NCBI RefSeq assembly: GCF_009914755.1
Contig: NC_060925.1
Source: the human T2T-CHM13v2.0 reference genome, Homo sapiens
Direction: 5' to 3' (one strand)
Length of the DNA: 64,000 nt
Under the pieces are notes generated by a model that was not told the origin of the DNA, ran no database searches, and worked only from the letters and a program-made list of their open reading frames with translations. The position numbers and the translations under genes were made by a program. Positions 58,068 through 64,000 of this stretch are shown piece by piece (the stretch's first letter is position 1; each line of letters begins with the position of its first letter).

Positions 58068-58360
58068 GGCCAGGTGTGGTGGCTCACGCCTTTAATCCCA
58101 GCACTTTCAGGGCTGAGGTGGGTAGATCACCTGAGGTCAGGAGCTCAAACCAGCCTGACCAACATGGCAAAACCCCATCTCTACTAAAAATACAAAAATT
58201 AGCTGGGTGAGGTGGCAGACACCTGTAATCCCAGCTACTCGGGAGGCTGAGGGAGAAGAATAACTTGAACCAGGAGTCAGAGGTTACAGTGAGCTGAGAT
58301 CGTGCCACTGCACTCCAGCCTGGGAGATGAGACAGAGCAAGACTATCTAAAAAAAAAAAA
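58068..58360 (+). mobile_element. AluS
   Basis: Full Alu; TSD ACTGAGTTTCTC(T/A)TCATTTTTT. Confidence 0.88.
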
Positions 58361-59269
58361 AGACTGAGTTTCTCATCATTTTTTGAAATTGAGAGTTTTC
58401 TCTGTATCGATAAGACCTTATAATGCAAAATATAATATAATATGCAGCTAGGTCTCCACAGCCTTCAGTCTTTCCCAGGGAGGGTTCCATGAGCTGCTTG
58501 TCTGGTGGGGATGGTGGTTTTGAGCAAGTAGTTGGTGTCCTGTCTTACCCAGGCTCTTTCCCACAAAGAGTTGGGAAGAATTAAAAACTACTGGAAACCA
58601 AGATCTCTCCCTGATGTTGACTTTCAGAGCTCAGCCTCATCAGCACAGGCTCTAATCAGCTAAGCAGCTGCCTCGTTTCATCCAGCCAGAGCCCTGATCT
58701 CAGGGGTTGATAGTGAGGAAATGATCCTTTCACATGCCTGGCTCCTGCAAAATTGTGCTAAGAGGATTTTCCTCAAACAGTTTAGCACAGAGCGAGGTTT
58801 CCTGATCCAGTTAGCAAATATTCTTCTGTTTGAACTCACTGACCCTCCTTTTTCTGAAGATGTATTTTAAATTGGATTTGCTTCACTGACACAAATGGAA
58901 AACTTGATAAGAAAATCGGTGGGATTTTGCTGCACCCACTGCTGATATCAAGACTGAACTCTGTATTATAGCAAGAAAAGCTCTGTTCTGTGGCTACAGG
59001 ATACATGCTGAGCTCCCAGCCACCAGCCCTGCCAATGTGCTCAGCTTGGCACAGGGCAGGGAGCAGGGTACAGGGGAGGGGATGGGGAGGGGCAGGTGGA
59101 AAGGCTCAGGTGATGAGCCAGCCACATCACCTCAAGCACAGGACCCCTGATGGTGGCCCTAGATCCTCCTCTTGAAATCCAAAGCTCAGTCCCTCTCCCC
59201 AGTTCAGGAGCAAGGAGGTTTCTGGCAGGTTAAAATGGCTAACTCAAGAGCTTGCCACCTTTGAAAGGC

Positions 59270-59890
59270 AGCACTGTGTAGACAGAGGCAGAAGGATGGG
59301 CTTACGAGACAGTCCTGGCTTCAAATCCTTCTCTGACTTACCAGCTCTGGAACCTTAAGCAAGTGACGTAACCTCTCTAAGCCTCAGTTGCCTCATCTTT
59401 AAAATGGCATCCCTAATCCTTACTATGAAGAGATATCATGGGTAAATGAGATGCTGTACTTACGAAAGGGCAAGTCCCTGTATTGGTCAAGTGTTTTTAC
59501 AGCATTGCTGCATAACACACAGCCCCAGGGGCTCAGCAGCTCAAAACAAGTGTTTATTTCTTGCTAATAATTTGCAGTGAGCTGGGAAGCCTTGCCTCGG
59601 ACTGGGGGCCAGGCTCTGTTTGCTTCTGTGTGTCTCATTCACAGGCCAGTGGTTCCCCGGAGCTTGCTCTTCTCATTGTGCAGGGGTAGGGTCAGTGCTG
59701 CCACCCAACACCACATTCAGTTAGAGCCTCCAGTCAGACCAGGCATGCACTAACTCTGCTCATGCATCTCTAGCCAAAGCTGGTCATGTGCACAGCAAGA
59801 AATCTGCTCTGTCCTGTCCACAGGGAAGTCGCAGGAATGTGGAAAGGCCAGGAAGGATTGTGAGCCAATAATACATCTTGACAATCCACA
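59270..59890. mobile_element. MIR (59270-59460) and old MLT1 LTR (59480-59890)
   Basis: MIR core CTTAAGCAAGTGACGTAACCTCTCTAAGCCTCAGT; MLT1-like TGTATTGGTCA...AAAACAAGTGTTTATTTCTTGCT. Confidence 0.55.
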
Positions 59891-60689
59891 ATAGATGGAA
59901 GCTATTATTGATTCATTATCTCAAAATGGCTCCACCAGCCAACCCCTTCTATCCATCCCCAGTGCTACCTCCTAATTGAGGTCCTCGACGCTTTTTGCTT
60001 GCATGGCTGCCAGAGCCTTTGGGCAGGTCTCTGTGTTGATGTGTTCACCCCCACTCCTATCTCCTCCATCCAACGCTCTACCACCAAGGCAATCCTCCTA
60101 AAACACAACCACAGTGTTCTTCACACTCCCTATGATTCCCTGCCACCCACATTATTAATCATTAATCCAATTAATAAAAATTAATGTACTAATCCCCAGC
60201 TCCTCAGTGTGGCCCTTCACAATCTGCTTGTCCAGCCTCGTCTCTTGCCTCCCCAGCTTTCCCCAGCAGACCCCTCTCCCACCCATTCCAATGCCATCCT
60301 CTTCTCCCAGCCTAGTTCTTTCAGGCCCTGTGCGTTTGCACTTGCCCCTGTCTGAAATGTCCTTCCCACTTCTTCTTGAAGGGGGTGAGTGCCAACTCAC
60401 CTTTCCAACCCCACACCAATGCACACCAGGATCTCCCCAAGACTCCAGGGTAGTAGTCACCATCTGTATTTCTGCAGCACACTGCACCTGCCTCTAGCAC
60501 AGCTCGACAGCCCACTGAAGTGAATGATCTGTTCGATCGGTGCCGACTTGCCTTTCTTTCCCAGCTGCAAACCACCCAAGGTGAAGTCATCTTAGCCTCT
60601 TGGAGTCAGCCTGACTGGGGTGAACCCATTGATATGTATTGCATAAATGAACATATCATGACAGTAGTGATGAGGGATCTCCAGCTATC

Positions 60690-61031
60690 CGTGTACTCTC
60701 TATGCTTCCCAGACTCTTTGGCAGTTGCACTGGGTACTGGCTGAGTTCTGGAAAACAGGAATGTGAGCAGAGTGCTGCAGATCTCCTTGTCAGGAGCACC
60801 TAAGAACTGGCATGACTCTACACCCTCTCTCCTTCTGCAATGACCTCGTGTCAAGATGGCAGACCCGCAGAGATGAATGTGCCTGGATACCTGAGTCACC
60901 AGGTGGAGGAAACTCCCATTGACATGCATCACACTCCACATATGAAACCCTTCTTTTTCTGCACTGTCACTGGGGTTAGGGATTATTACTCACTGCAACT
61001 TAGCCTAGCATTAAGTTGCTTGACTAATACA
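60690..61031 (+). mobile_element. Old MLT1 LTR carrying a splice acceptor and a downstream polyA signal
   Basis: CTTCCCAG|ACTCTTTGGCAGTT...; ends TGACTAATACA; AATAAA at 61038-61043. Confidence 0.6.
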
Positions 61032-61049
61032 AGTTTCAATAAATGTCGC

Positions 61050-62320
61050 TTCATTTCCCATGGCTTCTGACTGAATGCTGTGCAATATCCACAAACCATC
61101 CAGATTGTGGTTTATAAATACCACCCTTCACTAAAAGGACTCAGAGCTCCTTGTAGAAATGGCTGATGCTAAGGCTGGGGTAGGGAAGTACAAGGTGAGC
61201 CCAGAGTGCTGTGTGGTGCCAGAAAGCAAGGAAGCATTTAAAAAATGACAGGGACATGTCAAAGGACACATCAATCAACTTCAAGGGGCTTCCACTGGCC
61301 AAATCTAGGATGATGTGAGCATCCAAATTAATAATGATAATGGTAGATTATAGTCTATTGAATAAAATGGGAACCTATAGCTATAGAAAGAAAGAAAAGG
61401 GAAGGAAGAAAAGAAAGAAGAAGAGAGGGAGGGAGGGAGAGAGGGAGGGAGGGACGGAGGGAGGGAAGAAGGAAGAAGACTTTCTTACAGTAGAATGCCA
61501 ATGAATAAATACAGAGGGAATAATAGAAAACTCCATTTGCAAACATGATCATAATAGTTTATTCAAGGAAGAATCATCACTGAGTGAAAATTTAGGAAGG
61601 TAAAGTATGTTTTCATTGTCTCATAGCACTTCCACTCATATGGTTTATTAATTGCAAAGAGAAAAAGTGGTAACTTAACAGTAGAGAAACCCAGCAGGTC
61701 CTCCCTTAATGAGCTGAACAAAGTTAACAACACCAGGAATAGGACAAATGGGTGCCAAGTGTTTCTTGATGTGATACACTGAGAACACAGCATTGCTTCT
61801 GTAGCATTCCGGTCCCTGGAGGAAACATCAGACAAACACAGATGGAGGGACCTTCAAGGACTGACCTGAACTGTTCTTCGGCGTCAACCCCATGATAGAC
61901 AAAAAGAGGCAGAGGAACTGTTCCAGATTAAGGGAGACTAAAAAGGTATGACAGCTGGATCAGGGGAAACGTGCCTTAAAGGGCATTATTGGGACTGTTG
62001 GCGAAATTTTAAGTGAACTGTATATTAGACAATTATCAAGGACTACACGATTGTATGGCATCAACCTCAAATTCCCCGAACTTGAGCACTAGAGTCTTCT
62101 TGTTCTGATGGAATATGTTCTGGAATGTTTAAGGGAGAGGAGAAGGATGCCTGCAACTGAATTTCAAATGGTTCAGGGAAAGATAATAGAGTAGAATAGA
62201 CTATATAGATGGAGAAAGTAAATGTGGCAAATAACAATTGGTGAAGGTGGGTGAAGGTCATGAAAGTTCTTTGCCTTACAATTAATTCTTCTATAAGTCT
62301 GAAATTATTTGAAAATAAGA
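61050..62320 (+). mobile_element. L1MC-type 3' fragment with (GGGA/GGAA)n tract at 61385-61480
   Basis: GAGCTCCTTGTAGAAATGGCTGAT...AGGGGCTTCCACTGGCCAAATCTAGG...CTTAACAGTAGAGAAACC. Confidence 0.65.
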
Positions 62321-62900
62321 GAAATGCTTTCAGCTGTGAATAACAGAAAGCCTGACTACTTGTGGCTTTTGCAATAAAGACATTTAGTTATGTAACATAA
62401 CAGGATTTAAGAGGAAGAAGGCAAGGACTTGAAAAGGCTCAGTGATGTAGCTGAGGCCCCAGATTCCTTTTATCATTTTGTCCAAAGGCTCCACCTTCCT
62501 GAATATTACTGCTTTATACCCTTGGAGCTTCATGATCACAGGATGGCTGTTATAGCTCCAGCCATCATGACCAAGTTCAGACTCCAGGAACAAGATGGAG
62601 GAAGCTATGTCAAGGGGGGCTTTTCTTGATGTGTCTCTCGCCTTTAACCAGTGAAGAAAATCTTCTTAGAAGGACACAGCAGACTTCTCCTTATGTCTCA
62701 TTATGCAGAAGTGGACCACAGGACAGTCCCTACTGTAAACTCTTTCAAGTATCAGGCAAAAAGGAACAAAAGGCCCCAGCCTGGCTTAAACCAACCTTGA
62801 GTCATCACCTGACACTGGACACTTTGTTTATCCAAGCAAAATCAGGATTTTCTGTTAGCAAGCAAAGGAACTGCTCATGGGTAAGAAATTAACAGTGTGT
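62320..62900. mobile_element. Old MLT1 LTR
   Basis: GATGGCTGTTATAGCTCCAGCCATCAT...CAGCAGACTTCTCCTTATGTCTCATT. Confidence 0.55.
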
Positions 62901-63304
62901 GCCATAATTCATATTTGTCGCCAAGCATCTTCTCAGGCTGACACTGTGCCAAACAAGGGATTATAGAGATGAAGATGCAGCTTCCATCCCTGAAAGCTCA
63001 CAGTCCATTCTCTCAGGGCAATCCCGGTAACCTCCTCATCACAATCATCCATCCAGATCATGGAAGTCCCTTTACTCCCCAAATAAGAAGGAGTAGCAGG
63101 AAAAAGTGACCTCATCAAGCTGACTCGAGTTTTTCCAAAAGCAAATAAATAAATAAATAACTTTTTAACCTGCACAGCCAAATATCAAATAAATACATGT
63201 GTGTTTTTTGGGGGGGTTGGGGGGTGTTTTTTTTTCTGAGCTTCCTGTGGTATTGAAACTATCTCCCACTTCCTCCTTTTTGTCTCAAAAGATCTTAAGC
63301 ATTG

Positions 63305-63609
63305 GGCCAGACACAGTGGCTCCTGCCTGTAATCCCAGTACTTTGGGAGGCTGAGGTGGGCAGATTGCTTTAGCCCAGGTGTTCGAGACGAGTCTGGGCA
63401 ACGTAAAAATAGCCCATCTCTAAAAAAATAAAATAAAATAAAATACAAAAATTAGCCAGGCATAGAGGTGGATGCATGTAGTTCCAGCTACCTGGGAGGC
63501 TGAGGTGGGAGGATCACTTGAGCCCCAGGGGTTGAGGCTGCAGTGAACCATGATCATCACATCTGGGCAACAGAGCAAGACCCTGTCTCAAAAAAAAAAA
63601 AAAAAAAAA
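63305..63609 (+). mobile_element. AluJ
   Basis: GGAGGATCACTTGAGCCC; polyA tail. Confidence 0.85.
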
Positions 63610-63619
63610 TCTAAGCATC

Positions 63620-64000
63620 CATTCATTTTAGTTCATTTGAGGATAATTATTGATCTCCTCTTCTACCACCACTAGGGATACAGAGGAGGAGCAAACAGAC
63701 ATTATTCCTTTCTCTTGAGGCTCACAGTTAATTGGTAAAGAGGGACCACTATTCAGAAAGTCCCACACATCATTGTATGATCAAAAGCTATGACAGATGC
63801 AAGGAAGGAAAGCTGGATGGTGTTGTGAGGCTTCATGGCAGGGACACCAGACCTGGTCTAGAGGTGAGGGAAGACTTCCCTGAGGCACTGGCTTGAATGG
63901 AGAGCTGAAGGAGGAATAGGAATTCACTAGAAGAAAGAAGAGGAAGCAGCAAGTGCAAGGCCCTCCTGCAGCAGGAGAGAGCATAGCACATTCAAGGAAA
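63620..64000 (-). mobile_element. L2 fragment
   Basis: CATTCATT...TTATTGA start; GGGAAGACTTCCCTGAGG...GCAAGTGCAAGGCCC. Confidence 0.5.

Overview
Human (great-ape-type) genomic DNA with no intact protein-coding gene. It is a pericentromeric segmental-duplication mosaic of the kind found at 2p11 and 1q21; I cannot tell which paralog from sequence alone. Left to right: (1) 1-~9890, AT-rich KMT2C/MLL3-derived intron sequence with one intact-looking 213-bp KMT2C exon; (2) ~9890-~30200, a DRD5 duplicon with the CpG-island promoter, the frameshifted DRD5 pseudogene (11830-13273), its 3'UTR and polyA signal, and a 5S rRNA pseudogene; (3) ~31100-37830, a subtelomere-derived block: an old L1PB cut off by degenerate (CCCTAA)n repeats and followed by TAR1; (4) ~37830-42885, a GC-rich LSP1-derived block with two LSP1 pseudo-exons; (5) ~42890-52405, an AT-rich, Alu-dense block with a candidate chain of small minus-strand exons of unknown origin; (6) ~52405-64000, a repeat-rich block (Alu, MaLR, L1M, L2). 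The best leads are a probable chimeric transcription unit (TAR1 promoter, LSP1 exons, MLT1 LTR terminal exon), perfect fold-back inverted repeats next to truncated Alus at two suspected duplication junctions, the inward-facing telomere remnant, and the minus-strand exon chain. Repeat boundaries and subfamilies were judged by eye and are approximate. Several MIR and L2 fragments are not listed. Parent-gene comparisons are from memory.
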